DNA of 29,595 bases from Abditibacteriaceae bacterium (GTDB lineage: Bacteria > Armatimonadota > Abditibacteriia > Abditibacteriales > Abditibacteriaceae): positions 1 to 29,595 of the forward strand of contig JANPJS010000091.1 in the NCBI GenBank assembly GCA_031425655.1, given 5' to 3'. The stretch's first letter is position 1, and every line of letters begins with the position of its first letter. The notes beneath the pieces were generated by a model, which worked only from the letters and a program-made list of their open reading frames with translations, was not told the origin of the DNA and did not search any database. This document shows, piece by piece, positions 16,075 to 25,944 of this stretch. A program made the translations under genes and the position numbers.

Positions 16075-17246
16075 TTGTTTGCTCGCTGCGCCTCGTCAAT
16101 TTTCGCAACTACGCCACGCAGGATGTGGAATTTCCCGCCGGTTTGGTGGCGCTCACCGGCGATAACGGGCAGGGCAAAACCAATTTGCTCGAAGCCGTTT
16201 GCGTTTTGGCGGCTACCAAATCGCCGCTCGTTGAGCGCGACCGCGAATTGATTCGCTGGGAGCAAAAAGACGCGCGCATTACGGCGGAAATCGAACTTGA
16301 ACGGCGCGCAGAGCGGCGCGTTTTGGAATACGGATGGCGCGTCGAAGGCGCCAAAATGGAGCGCGAAATGCGCGCCGGCGGCGTGCCGCAATCGGCTATC
16401 GCGCAGTGGTTGGGGCAATTACAAGTTGTGGCGTTTTTTCCGCACGATTTGGCTTTAGTTACGGGCGAACCGGGCGAAAGACGGCGCTTTTTGAACCTCG
16501 AACTCGGCAAAACGCGCCCGGCGCACTTCGCCGACGCCGCCAAATATCGCCGCGCTTTGCAGCAGCGCAACGCGCTTCTCAAGCGCATCGCCGACAGTCG
16601 TTACGGCAAAAAAGTCGAGCCTGTGGAAAATCCCGGCACGCTGGCCGAATGGAACCGGCAAATCGTCACTTACGGCGCGCGGATTTTGGCGCAACGTGCG
16701 CAATTTTTAAGCGAACTGGCGCCTCTGCTTGCCGATGTGCATCGCCGGCTGAGCGGGCGCGAAGAGGTTTTTACGGTCGAATACAGCGCGGGAGTCGCTA
16801 CACGCGCCACTTACAACGACCACGCCGACGACAAAGCCAATTCCGCCAACTGGACGCGCTGGTTTTCGAGTGCGCTTGAACAAGATCATGCCACGGATTT
16901 ACGGCGCGGCGCCACGCAAAGTGGCCCGCACCGCGATGATTTATCGTTCAAGCTCGGCGGCACCGATTTGCGGCGTTTTGGCTCGCAAGGCCAGCAGCGT
17001 TTGGGCGTGCTGTCGCTGAAAGTTGCGCTCGCGCACTGGGTCGCGCAGACGACCGGCGAACCGCCGATTTTGCTGCTCGACGACGCTTTAAGCGAACTCG
17101 ACGAAACGCGCCGCGCGCACTTAATCGAAGAAGCGCGTGCCTTTCCGCAAACCGTGCTAACAGCCACCGATGCGCGCTTTTTGCAGGACACTCCCGCCGC
17201 GCTCTTTCGCGTCGAAGCCGGAAAAGTGACGACTTTAGAGAAATAG
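16071..17246 (+). CDS. recF: DNA replication and repair protein RecF
   Basis: MIVCSLRLVNFRNY, Walker A GDNGQGKTNLLEA, PGERRRFL, GPHRDDL, GSQGQQR, PILLLDDALSELD; ATGA overlap with the upstream stop. Confidence 0.97.
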   Translation: MIVCSLRLVNFRNYATQDVEFPAGLVALTGDNGQGKTNLLEAVCVLAATKSPLVERDRELIRWEQKDARITAEIELERRAERRVLEYGWRVEGAKMEREMRAGGVPQSAIAQWLGQLQVVAFFPHDLALVTGEPGERRRFLNLELGKTRPAHFADAAKYRRALQQRNALLKRIADSRYGKKVEPVENPGTLAEWNRQIVTYGARILAQRAQFLSELAPLLADVHRRLSGREEVFTVEYSAGVATRATYNDHADDKANSANWTRWFSSALEQDHATDLRRGATQSGPHRDDLSFKLGGTDLRRFGSQGQQRLGVLSLKVALAHWVAQTTGEPPILLLDDALSELDETRRAHLIEEARAFPQTVLTATDARFLQDTPAALFRVEAGKVTTLEK

Positions 17247-17259
17247 CTTCGCTAAAAGC

Positions 17260-18033
17260 ATGGAAAATTCAACCGAACAGCAGATTTCTCTGGAATTGCG
17301 CCGCGTCGAAAGCGAATGCGGGGTGCGCGTGCTTTACGCCTGCGAATCGGGCAGCCGCGCCTGGGGTTTCGCTTCGACCGATAGTGATTTCGACGTGCGT
17401 TTCGTCTACGTTCATCCGCGCGACTGGTATTTTTCCATCGAAGACCGCCGCGACGTAATCGAGCGAATGCTGCCCGGCGACCTTGATCTTAGCGGCTGGG
17501 AGTTGCGAAAAGCGCTGCGTTTGCTGCGTAAATCGAACCCGTCGCTGCTTGAATGGCTGCATTCGCCGCTGGTTTATCAGCAAAATGCCGAGTTCATTGC
17601 AGCATTTCGCGGCCTCGCGGCGCACTGTTATTCGGCGCGAAGCTGCTTTTCACATTACTTCAGCTATGCGCGCGGCAATTATCTGGGACATTTGCGCGGG
17701 CTGGAGATTCGGCTCAAAAAGTATTTTTATGTGATACGCCCAATTTTGGCCGCGCAATGGATTGAGCGCGGTTTGGGGCAGCCTCCGGTCGAATTCGCGG
17801 CGCTCGTCGAGACTTTACTGCCATCGGGCGAACTGCGCGCGGCATTGGACGAGTTGCTCGAACGCAAGCGCGCCGGCGACGAACTCGCCGCCGCGCCGCC
17901 CATCGCGCCCTTGCAAGGCTTTATTGAAGCGGAAATCGCTCGTCTGGCCACGGTTTCACTGCCGGAAACCGAGCCATGCCCGTCGGAAACGCTCAATATC
18001 TTCTTTCGAGATTGGGTCGAAAGAGCTTTTTGA
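17260..18033 (+). CDS. Pol-beta-superfamily nucleotidyltransferase (YcgL/RlaP-like, Nuc-transf family)
   Basis: CESGSRAWGFASTDSDFDVRFVY (GS...DxD), WELRKALRLLRKSNPSLLEWLHSP, KKYFYVIRPILA. Confidence 0.87.
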   Translation: MENSTEQQISLELRRVESECGVRVLYACESGSRAWGFASTDSDFDVRFVYVHPRDWYFSIEDRRDVIERMLPGDLDLSGWELRKALRLLRKSNPSLLEWLHSPLVYQQNAEFIAAFRGLAAHCYSARSCFSHYFSYARGNYLGHLRGLEIRLKKYFYVIRPILAAQWIERGLGQPPVEFAALVETLLPSGELRAALDELLERKRAGDELAAAPPIAPLQGFIEAEIARLATVSLPETEPCPSETLNIFFRDWVERAF

Positions 18034-18088
18034 ATCCCTTAATAGCGAGTTTTACCTGCGTCGGAAAACGATAGGGAAAAGTCGGGAG

Positions 18089-18216
18089 TTATCCCCAATG
18101 TTTTCCATGCATGGGGATAAGTAGGCAGTATTTTTGACTTTTAGGGCTGTTTTTTGGAAAAAATTGGTTCTGTCACGACACTTTATGCCTTGACAGTCGC
18201 ATAGCGCACTTAAAAT
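18089..18216 (+). promoter_or_regulatory. Inverted pair of DnaA-box-like sites and possible promoter upstream of dciA
   Basis: ttatcccca (18089-18097) and tggggataa (18112-18120), each 8/9 to TTATCCACA; TTGACA (18190-18195) and TAAAAT (18211-18216) with a short 15-nt spacer. Confidence 0.45.
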
Positions 18217-18236
18217 CAAAGGCGGAAGTCGGCGCA

Positions 18237-18749
18237 ATGGATAATGTTCGCGGTATTGTCAACGAGATTTTGGATCAGCGCGGCTGGCGTCAGCGGGTGC
18301 TGGAGCGCATGGCGGTGGAATTGTGGCCCGAAGTGGTCGGCGAGAATATCGCGCGCAACGCCATCGCCGAACGCTTCAAGGGCGGCGTGCTTTACGTGCG
18401 CGTGCGCTCGCCGCAATGGACGCACGAGCTGCACTTTCTCGAAGCGCGCTTAGTCACGCGCTTGAATGGCCGTCTGCGCCAGCAAATCGTGCAGAAAATC
18501 CGCTGCGCGATCACCACGCCGCCGGGAATGCGGCAAACCAATCTCAAGCCCGATTGGGAAGACCCTTCGTTCCCGAAAACGCCGCCTTTGCCGCGCAACG
18601 TCAAAGCCGATCCCAACGACGATTTCGCGCGCCAAGCCAAAGCTATCGTTGGCCAATCGCCGATTGACGACCCCGAAATGAGCGCCGTCATGGAACGCCT
18701 CATTGCCACATCGCTACGCGCCGCCGACGCCAAAAAACAAGATCAATAG
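18237..18749 (+). CDS. DUF721 / DciA-family protein
   Basis: WPEVVGENIA...GVLYVRVRSPQWTHEL...LVTRLN pattern; typical location downstream of recF. Confidence 0.85.
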   Translation: MDNVRGIVNEILDQRGWRQRVLERMAVELWPEVVGENIARNAIAERFKGGVLYVRVRSPQWTHELHFLEARLVTRLNGRLRQQIVQKIRCAITTPPGMRQTNLKPDWEDPSFPKTPPLPRNVKADPNDDFARQAKAIVGQSPIDDPEMSAVMERLIATSLRAADAKKQDQ

Positions 18750-18810
18750 CCGCGAGAAGCCACAAGAGACTCGAAGAACCAGTTCAACCGAGAACGGCTT
18801 CGCAATTCAA

Positions 18811-18968
18811 AATCTCCGCTGCAAGCAACGGAGTATGTTAATGAAGGAGTCTAACTTTTTCTGTTAAGTCGAATCCTCGCTCAAGAGCGCTTCGCGCTCC
18901 AAGGGGAAGAGCGTTACACGCTCAGGGTGGCGCAGCAAGCTGCGGGGAATGAACCCACAGAGATTCAA
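18811..18968 (+). mobile_element. Non-autonomous IS200/IS605-like element (palindrome-ended)
   Basis: Two related subterminal hairpins, ctccgctgc-aa-gcaacggag (18814-18833) and cgcagc-aa-gctgcg (18931-18944). Internal hairpins at 18885-18899 and 18909-18923. Ends in TTCAA (18964-18968); no transposase. Confidence 0.55.
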
Positions 18969-19084
18969 GGGAACGGTAGCGGCAAGAAGCCAGCCGCAGA
19001 TTATCAACAGGGTGATTGCTTTCATTTCAAATATAGTGGTATTCCTGTTTTGCCGATGAGGTCACTTGGCCTGCTGCACACTAT

Positions 19085-19420
19085 TCAGCGGCCCTGCGTG
19101 ACGATGCCGTTTGCCCCGCTGTGATTGCTCAAAAACGAGCGAACCGTGTTGAAGCCATCGCGCGACAGGCTTTCCATCATGCACGTGATGAACGCCTCGT
19201 CGCAGCTGCCGGGGCTAAAGGCCGCGTGCCCTTGTTTCTTCTCATCAACCGGGCCAAGGCGATGGTAATTCACTCCGAGCGGACGAAAGTGTCTGCCCGT
19301 GCCGGAATCTACGAAACGCCCGTCGCGCACGGCGATGCGGCCCGGTTGGCCCGGTTCCGCCGCCGGCGAGACAGCCAGCGGCGCGAGTAGCAGAGCGAAC
19401 AGTGTGAGCGGGTGTTTCAT
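19085..19420 (-). pseudogene. Truncated secreted glycoside hydrolase-like gene (N-terminal TIM-barrel fragment)
   Basis: Signal peptide, then RIAVRDGRFVD...FRPLGVNY...GFNTVRSFL as in GH5-like N-termini; stops at 111 aa, too short for a TIM barrel. Confidence 0.6.
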
Positions 19421-19441
19421 GGATGCTTTCCGAAATCCCCT

Positions 19442-19560
19442 TCAATTTTTCAGCGAATTGGCCCACTGCGTGTGCGCCTTCAGCAGTTCCTCCGCGAGCG
19501 CTGGTTCGCGCTCCAAAAGATTGTCGGTTTCGCCGATGTCGTTGTGAAGATTCACCAGCG
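19442..19560 (-). pseudogene. C-terminal remnant of a sulfatase gene
   Basis: Manual translation LVNLHNDIGETDNLLEREPALAEELLKAHTQWANSLKN*, resembling LYNLQTDLSETKNVA..NPE in the intact neighbour; in-frame stop just upstream. Confidence 0.7.
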
Positions 19561-19627
19561 TGACAGGTTCTCACCTCACAGGTTCTCACCTGACACGATT
19601 AAACCGCTATCTCACCTACGTCTCACA
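19561..19627. mobile_element. Probable DDE-transposon end with repeated binding motifs
   Basis: Begins with TG. acaggttctcacct occurs twice (19563-19576, 19578-19591), with further tctcac motifs near 19610 and 19621. It abuts the broken sulfatase fragment. Confidence 0.4.
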
Positions 19628-19828
19628 AGCGCTCTAAATCCAAACGCACGATGCCCTTCGGATTTTTTTGCCGATCCGTCAGGAAGAATTCTGCGAATGG
19701 TTTTCCGCTGCCGCTTTCAATGGAATCGGCAATGAAGAAATCCATGCCATAGCGCAAGATTAAATTGCGCCTATCCAGCACCCAATCTTCCAGCCAGAAG
19801 GCTGCGTGATTTCACGACGGCTTTCGTG

Positions 19829-21235
19829 TCATTTCGTTGGCGCCTTCTTGCCCTTTTGCTTTTTCGCACCGGAGGTTTTTTCAAGGGACATGGAAGCTTC
19901 ATTTTTCTGTGGTGCTCCGGCGGTGCTGCGGCCATCGGCGATGTATTGATTCATCAGTGTGGTGAAGCGTTTCACCACCTCCGGATTCGCATTGGCGACG
20001 TTCTTGGTTTCGCTCAGGTCGGTTTGCAGGTTGTAGAGTGCGCGTTCGCCGTTGCCGAAGAAGATGAGCTTCCACGGGCCTTGGCGGATGGCGAGGTCGC
20101 GGTTAGGTGCCTGATGGATGGTGGCCTCACGCAGCGGTTTTTTCGCGCTGCCGTTGAGAGCAGGCAAGATGCTGACGCTGTCTTCGCCCGCGTTTTCCGG
20201 GAGTTTCGCGCCGATGATTTCCGCGCTGGTGGCCATGAGGTCGTTCAGGCAGATGGTTTCATTGGATACGGAGCCGGGTTTGATTTGTCCAGGCCAGCGC
20301 GCGAGGAAGGGGACGCGGTGTCCGCCTTCGTAGATGCTGGATTTTGATGCGCGCAGCGGCGCATAGGCGCGCCCGGCGGCACCGTTATCCCCCGTGGCGA
20401 TGACGAGGGTGTTTCCGGCGAGTCCTCTCCGTTCGAGGGCATCAAGGAGTTGGCCAAGCATGTGGTCGCCCTGATAGACCCAGTCGCCGTATTCTTTGTC
20501 GTTTTTCACCTCATCCTTTGCGCCGCTCTTGCCGACGAATTCGGGTGCCGGGGCCACGGGCGTGTGCGGCGGGCACATGGGAAAGTAGAGGAAAAATGGC
20601 TTATCGGCCTTGCGACCTTCAATCCATTCGACCGCCTTGGCGATCATGCGCGGCTGGTTCTCGACGTCCCTGACATTCTCCACCACGCGATCCTGTTCGA
20701 TGATGCTCTCGATATTCCGCGCATGGGTGAAGCCATAGAAGTAGTCGAAGCCTGCTGCGTTCGGACTGGTGACGAGCTTTGAGCCGACGGGGATGTTCTT
20801 TTCATTTCCCGGTTTGCCATCCCACTCCATGCCGAGATGCCACTTGCCGATGCAGGCGGTCTCGTAGCCGTTTTGCTTGAGCAATGAGGCCACGGTGAGT
20901 CGCGATTTCGGAATGATGGGCGGATTGTAGGTCGTGAGCACGCCAAACTGTCCGATGCGCGACGGGTAGCGGCCAGTCAGCAAGCCGTAGCGCGTGGGCG
21001 TGCAGACGGAGGCCGCCGTGTGCGCGTCGGTGAAACGCATGCCTTCAGCGGCGAGCCGATCAAGGTTGGGGGTCTTGAGTTGCGTCTCCTCGCGGTAGCA
21101 CTTCGGCTGCCCGTAGCCCAGGTCGTCGAAGAGCACGAAGACGATGTTGGGTTTCTGTTTGGGCGCATCGGCGGCGTGGAGCCTGCCGAACAGCGCAAGG
21201 AACAGGGTGGCGAGGAGTGTGAGTGTATGTTTCAT
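19829..21235 (-). CDS. Arylsulfatase-type (S1, Cys-type) secreted sulfatase
   Basis: Signal peptide; PNIVFVLFDDLGYG, CTPTRYGLLTGRY, GKWHLG, GDNG, YEGGHRVP. Confidence 0.95.
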   Translation of the reverse strand: MKHTLTLLATLFLALFGRLHAADAPKQKPNIVFVLFDDLGYGQPKCYREETQLKTPNLDRLAAEGMRFTDAHTAASVCTPTRYGLLTGRYPSRIGQFGVLTTYNPPIIPKSRLTVASLLKQNGYETACIGKWHLGMEWDGKPGNEKNIPVGSKLVTSPNAAGFDYFYGFTHARNIESIIEQDRVVENVRDVENQPRMIAKAVEWIEGRKADKPFFLYFPMCPPHTPVAPAPEFVGKSGAKDEVKNDKEYGDWVYQGDHMLGQLLDALERRGLAGNTLVIATGDNGAAGRAYAPLRASKSSIYEGGHRVPFLARWPGQIKPGSVSNETICLNDLMATSAEIIGAKLPENAGEDSVSILPALNGSAKKPLREATIHQAPNRDLAIRQGPWKLIFFGNGERALYNLQTDLSETKNVANANPEVVKRFTTLMNQYIADGRSTAGAPQKNEASMSLEKTSGAKKQKGKKAPTK

Positions 21236-21251
21236 GGGTTCGTCTCTCGGC

Positions 21252-22619
21252 CTATTTCTTTTTCTTCTGGTCGGCTTTCTTCCCTCCTCGGTCGCTGGAC
21301 TTTCTCCAGTTCGGCCCTTCGGCTTCGATCTCGGCGTTGAGTTTCACGAGGGCGGTTTTCATCTCGTCAAGCTTAGCTGGTTGGGCCGCGCTGAGTTCCG
21401 TCTTCTCCTGCGGATCGGTTTTAAGGTTGTAGAGCTCAAAATTCGTGAGTTTTTCGTCGGCGAGGATTTTCCAGTCGCCAGTGCGCATGGCCATCTTTTG
21501 CGCATAGCGCCAATAAAGGGGGCGTGAACGCTCGACCTCCCGGCCCTTGATCGCCGCCAAAAAATTGCCGCCGTCCAACACACGGTCTGTTGGCAATTTC
21601 GCTCCGGCGATCCCGACGGCCGTGACGAAAATATCCGAGCCGATTACCGGCACATCGCTCGTCGTTCCGGGCTGGGTTTCGCCTGGCCAGCGGACGATGC
21701 CGGGAACGCGGATGCCTCCTTCGTAAACGGCTCTCTTGCGCCCGCGCAGGCCACCCGTCGAACCGCGGCCGGGTGACTTGATGCCGTCACCTTCGGGGCC
21801 GTTGTCGGAGGTGAAGATAACCACCGTGTTGTCTGCGAGTTTCAGCTCGTCAAGTGTCCGCATCAGTTTTCCGAACGCATGATCGATTTGAGTGACGTTG
21901 GCGTGATGCTCACGCTGCACGTCGTCGGTCAGGTCGGGGTATTTGGCTTTGAATTCGGGCGAAGCCTTGATCGGGTAGTGCGGTTCGTGGGTCCATACCG
22001 ACAACAGAAACGGCTTCGACTTGTCGCGATGCTGCTTCAGCCAAGTGGTGGCCTCATCCACAATCAGCGGCGCGGAGTAGCCCTCCAACTTGCCCACCGG
22101 CTGGCCGTTGCGGACGAAGTTGCTGGGATTCTCATGGCTGGGAGCCGCGTTGTTCTGAGTGGCCAGCCACCAGTCGTAGCCGTGATCGTTTGGCTGCGGC
22201 TGAGTCGGCTTGTTGAAATGCCCGTTGAGGTGCCACTTGCCGACATGGCACGTCGCATAGCCGCTTTCCTTGAGCAACTTCGGCAGCGCGATCTCGCTGG
22301 TGCGCAGATGAATCTCGCGGCCTTCGGGAATCCAGTTGAAGACACCATTGCGATACGGCGTCCGCCCGGTGAGAATCGCCGACCGCGACGGACTGCACAC
22401 CGCACTCGCAGCATAGAATTGAGTGAAGCGAGTTCCCTGCTTGGCGAACGCATCAAGATTCGGCGTTTGAATGATCGGGTGGCCGTAACACCCAAGGTCG
22501 CCATAGCCCAGATCATCCGCAAGGAAGATCACAATGTTCGGTTTCGATGGCTCAGCCGCGATCAGTCCGGCGAGCGGCAAGAGCAACAGAGCGGTAAGGA
22601 GTGTGAGGATGTGTTTCAT
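21252..22619 (-). CDS. Secreted S1-family sulfatase
   Basis: [44 protein letters not shown]. Confidence 0.95.
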   Translation of the reverse strand: MKHILTLLTALLLLPLAGLIAAEPSKPNIVIFLADDLGYGDLGCYGHPIIQTPNLDAFAKQGTRFTQFYAASAVCSPSRSAILTGRTPYRNGVFNWIPEGREIHLRTSEIALPKLLKESGYATCHVGKWHLNGHFNKPTQPQPNDHGYDWWLATQNNAAPSHENPSNFVRNGQPVGKLEGYSAPLIVDEATTWLKQHRDKSKPFLLSVWTHEPHYPIKASPEFKAKYPDLTDDVQREHHANVTQIDHAFGKLMRTLDELKLADNTVVIFTSDNGPEGDGIKSPGRGSTGGLRGRKRAVYEGGIRVPGIVRWPGETQPGTTSDVPVIGSDIFVTAVGIAGAKLPTDRVLDGGNFLAAIKGREVERSRPLYWRYAQKMAMRTGDWKILADEKLTNFELYNLKTDPQEKTELSAAQPAKLDEMKTALVKLNAEIEAEGPNWRKSSDRGGKKADQKKKK

Positions 22620-22634
22620 GGTGAAGGCTCTGGC

Positions 22635-24005
22635 TTACTTGTTGGTTTTCTTATTCTTTTTCGGCGCGGCATCCGGCGACGGGTCCGGCCCGCCGTTTGG
22701 AGATTGCCGGTCGAGTTCGGCAGGGCGCGCGTCTTTGAATGAAGCGAGCGCAGCCTGAAGTTTCCTCGCGGTGGCGGCGGTGGCGCCGGTGAGGGAGGCG
22801 ACGGCGAGCGGCTTTTTCTCGAAGGGGTCCGTCGCGAGATCGAAGTATTCGCCGGTGCGATAGAGCTTGGCGTCGCGGGTGAAGGCGAATTCGCGCACCG
22901 TCGTGTCGGCTCTCTGGCGCGGTGAATACCAACAGTAGAGCCACTCGCGCGGCGCGCCCTTTTCGCCGCGTAACTGCGGTAGAAAACTCACGCCATCCAC
23001 GTTTGCCGGCACCTTCACACCCACCGCCTCGCAGAGCGTGGGCAGGAAATCCGTGCTGCTGATGAGGTCGCTGTTCACGCGGCCCTGCTTCATTGCGGCG
23101 GGCCAGCTCGCGATGAACGGAACGTGATGTCCGCGCGCGGTGGTCGTGCCTTTGCCGCCGGGATAGTCCGCGCCCTTGAAGCGGCTCGTCACGCCGCGCC
23201 CGGTGCCGTTGTCGCCGATGAAAAGCAGCAGCGTGTTGTCGCGGATGCCGAGTTCGCCGAGTTTCGCGTCGAGGCGGCCGACCATCTTGTCCATATAGGC
23301 GACCATGTCGGCGAAGTGCTTCACGTTCTTGTTCACGCCTTCGCCCCGCGCCTTCGGATCCCAGTTCGGGCTGTCGGGCGTGGGCTGGAAGGGGTCGTGG
23401 GTGAGGATCATCGGGTAGTAGAGAAAGAACGGGTGGCCCTGATGGCGCTTGATGAAATCGAGCGCGAAGTCGTTCACGAGTTTCGGGCCGTATTCGCCGG
23501 AGGTGAAGTCCTTTTCCACGCCGTTGTGTTCAAGGCCGGGATTGGCAAAACGTGGCGGACGGCGCGTGTGCTGCCAGAGATACGATTCATCGAAACCAAA
23601 GTGCTGCGGCGAATCCTTTTCGCGACCGAGTTGCCACTTGCCGCAGATTCCCGTGGCGTAGCCCGCCTTCTTCAGGAGATGCCCGAACGTCGTCTCAGTG
23701 CGCACCAGCGTGCCGAAGTTGAGATAGTTCCGCACATTGTAGCGGCCGGTCATCAACTGCACGCGCGTCGGAGTGCAGAGCGGCTGGACGTGGCACTGCT
23801 CGAAGCGCATCCCGGCTCCGGCAAGCCGGTCGAGGTGCGGCGTTTGATACGACTGCCCGCCGTTGGCGGTCACGCACTCGTAGCCGAAATCATCGGCCAT
23901 GATGAGGATGATGTTCGGCTGCGGCGCGGCGGCGTGGGCGTGCGCGCCGAGCAAGGCCAACAGCATGACCAGGCCCAATCGAAAATAGTCAGCAGGATGT
24001 TTCAT
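22635..24005 (-). CDS. Secreted S1-family sulfatase
   Basis: [36 protein letters not shown]. Confidence 0.94.
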   Translation of the reverse strand: MKHPADYFRLGLVMLLALLGAHAHAAAPQPNIILIMADDFGYECVTANGGQSYQTPHLDRLAGAGMRFEQCHVQPLCTPTRVQLMTGRYNVRNYLNFGTLVRTETTFGHLLKKAGYATGICGKWQLGREKDSPQHFGFDESYLWQHTRRPPRFANPGLEHNGVEKDFTSGEYGPKLVNDFALDFIKRHQGHPFFLYYPMILTHDPFQPTPDSPNWDPKARGEGVNKNVKHFADMVAYMDKMVGRLDAKLGELGIRDNTLLLFIGDNGTGRGVTSRFKGADYPGGKGTTTARGHHVPFIASWPAAMKQGRVNSDLISSTDFLPTLCEAVGVKVPANVDGVSFLPQLRGEKGAPREWLYCWYSPRQRADTTVREFAFTRDAKLYRTGEYFDLATDPFEKKPLAVASLTGATAATARKLQAALASFKDARPAELDRQSPNGGPDPSPDAAPKKNKKTNK

Positions 24006-24012
24006 GGGTTTA

Positions 24013-25788
24013 TTAGTCGAGCAGGGTCAGGGTCACGCGGCGCACGTCCATCACCGACTTTCCGGGAATCTCCAACGCGCGCAGCGTGAGCGGTGCTTGC
24101 CCGGCGGGAAGCGTTATTTCGCCAAGCGATAGCGTGCGGAATTCTTTCATCTGCGATTCGCCTTTCGGGCGCGGCAGCGTGTCCTGATTTGCGTAAAGCG
24201 GCGGATCCCAGCCGGGCGCGACCTTGCCCGCGAGGCGCTCGTTTTGGAAGGAAAGTTCCACGGTCGAACCGGCGTCGGGCACTTTGCACGTGTAGTCCAA
24301 GGTCACGGCGTATTGGCCAGCCGTGCGGATATCAAGCAGCCAGACCATGCTGTCGTCATTGCTCGTCCAGTTCACAAAATAGGAACAGTTCGGCGCGTTG
24401 CTGCTGCGCTTGACGCCGCCTCGCGGCTCGCCATCGCGCGCGGGCAGCATCGTGATCGGAAACTCGCGGTAGCCAACGGGAATCGGGCGCGGATCCACGG
24501 CGTTGCCCCCCGCTTTTTCTGGCGATTTCGCGCCAAACATCTCTGCGCGCCACGACTGCGCTGCAGCAGTGAGTTTCGCGGCGAGTTCCGGCTGCCCGGC
24601 GTTCACCGGCTTCGTCTGGCCGGGATCGGCAATCATGTCGAAAAGTTGCCCAGCGCCATTGAGGCGATGCGTCTGCGTGCGGACGCTGACACTTTGGCCC
24701 CATGTGCTGAAGATCATGCGGTCGGGCCACTCGATTTTCTGCCGCGTGAGCAGCGGCGTGAGATCGCGGCCATCAAGCGGTTTGTCGCCAACGCGCGGCA
24801 CGCCCGCGAGCGCGGTGAGCGTGGGGAGCAAGTCAATTGCGCCCGCGATTTGCGTGACGGTGTGCCCGGCGGGCAGCTTGGCCGGCCAGCGCACGTAGCA
24901 CACCGAGCGCACGCCGCCTTCGTCCGTGTTGCCCTTCTTGCCTTTCATGCCGCCGGTCCAGCGAAACGAGTTCGGGCCGTTGTCGGAGAAGTAGAGAATG
25001 ATCGTATTTTCATCGAGCGAGTGCTCGCGCAGCTTTGCCAGCACGCGGCCCACGTTCATGTCCTGATTTTCCATCATCGCGAGCGCGCAGCGTGTCTCGT
25101 CCGCCACTTCCTTGTCGGCGTCGGTCGCGCGCTGCGTGATTGGCTTGTCCTTGAAGCGCTGCCAATCCTGCCCCGGCACAGCCCACGGCGAATGCGGCGT
25201 GCTGAACGGAACGTAGCAGAGAAACGGCTTCGCCTTGTTCTTTTCAATGAATGTCAGCGCGCGATCCGTGCAGACATCCGCGATGTAACCCTTCGTGCGA
25301 ATCATACGCCCGTTTTCTTCCAGCGGCGCATTGAAGTATTCGCCCCAGTGCCCCGACGTGTGGCCGAAGTATTCGTCGAAGCCGCGCGCCATCGGGTGAT
25401 ACGGCCATTGGCTGCCGTTGTGCCATTTGCCAAAGCAGCCCGTCGCGTAACCCGCCGCCTTGAAAGCGTCAGCGAACGTCTTCTCGCCGAGGTCGAGCCG
25501 CTCCTCGCCGGTCGAGACGCCGCGCACGCCGCCGCGCGGATGATAGCGACCAGTGAGTAATTCCGCCCGCGTCGGCGAGCAGACCGGCTGGACATAAAAG
25601 CGATCCAGCGACACGCCGCCCTGCGCGATCGAGTCAATATTCGGCGTGCGCACTTGCGTGTTGCCGGAGTGGCTGTAATCGCCCCAGCCCGCATCGTCGG
25701 CGAGGAAGATGACGATGTTCGGTTCGGCCAGCGCACCAGAGCAGGTGGCGTTGAGGAAAAGGGCGGGGGCAAGGTATCGAAGTTTCAT
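24013..25788 (-). CDS. Secreted arylsulfatase with an extra C-terminal beta-rich (CBM-like) domain
   Basis: [44 protein letters not shown]; about 150 extra C-terminal residues. Confidence 0.93.
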   Translation of the reverse strand: MKLRYLAPALFLNATCSGALAEPNIVIFLADDAGWGDYSHSGNTQVRTPNIDSIAQGGVSLDRFYVQPVCSPTRAELLTGRYHPRGGVRGVSTGEERLDLGEKTFADAFKAAGYATGCFGKWHNGSQWPYHPMARGFDEYFGHTSGHWGEYFNAPLEENGRMIRTKGYIADVCTDRALTFIEKNKAKPFLCYVPFSTPHSPWAVPGQDWQRFKDKPITQRATDADKEVADETRCALAMMENQDMNVGRVLAKLREHSLDENTIILYFSDNGPNSFRWTGGMKGKKGNTDEGGVRSVCYVRWPAKLPAGHTVTQIAGAIDLLPTLTALAGVPRVGDKPLDGRDLTPLLTRQKIEWPDRMIFSTWGQSVSVRTQTHRLNGAGQLFDMIADPGQTKPVNAGQPELAAKLTAAAQSWRAEMFGAKSPEKAGGNAVDPRPIPVGYREFPITMLPARDGEPRGGVKRSSNAPNCSYFVNWTSNDDSMVWLLDIRTAGQYAVTLDYTCKVPDAGSTVELSFQNERLAGKVAPGWDPPLYANQDTLPRPKGESQMKEFRTLSLGEITLPAGQAPLTLRALEIPGKSVMDVRRVTLTLLD

Positions 25789-25797
25789 GGCGAAGAA

Positions 25798-25906
25798 TCA
25801 GGGTTGTGCCACAGGGCGGCTGCGTCCGTCATTGACGAGTTTTTCGAGTTGAGTGGTGAGGCGCTATGACTGCGGCGAAAACCGACGGTAGCGTGAGCAA
25901 TTTCAT
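25798..25906 (-). pseudogene. Internally deleted sulfatase gene (signal peptide joined out of frame to C-terminus)
   Basis: ATG 25906 gives MKLLTLPSVFAAVIA. A different frame from 25863 gives RLTTQLEKLVNDGRSRPVAQP*, similar to RFTTLMNQYIADGRSTAGAPQ near the end of 19829..21235. Confidence 0.65.
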
Positions 25907-25944
25907 GGCTGGGTGATGCGTCTTGTTAGAATCGGGGGCTATTG

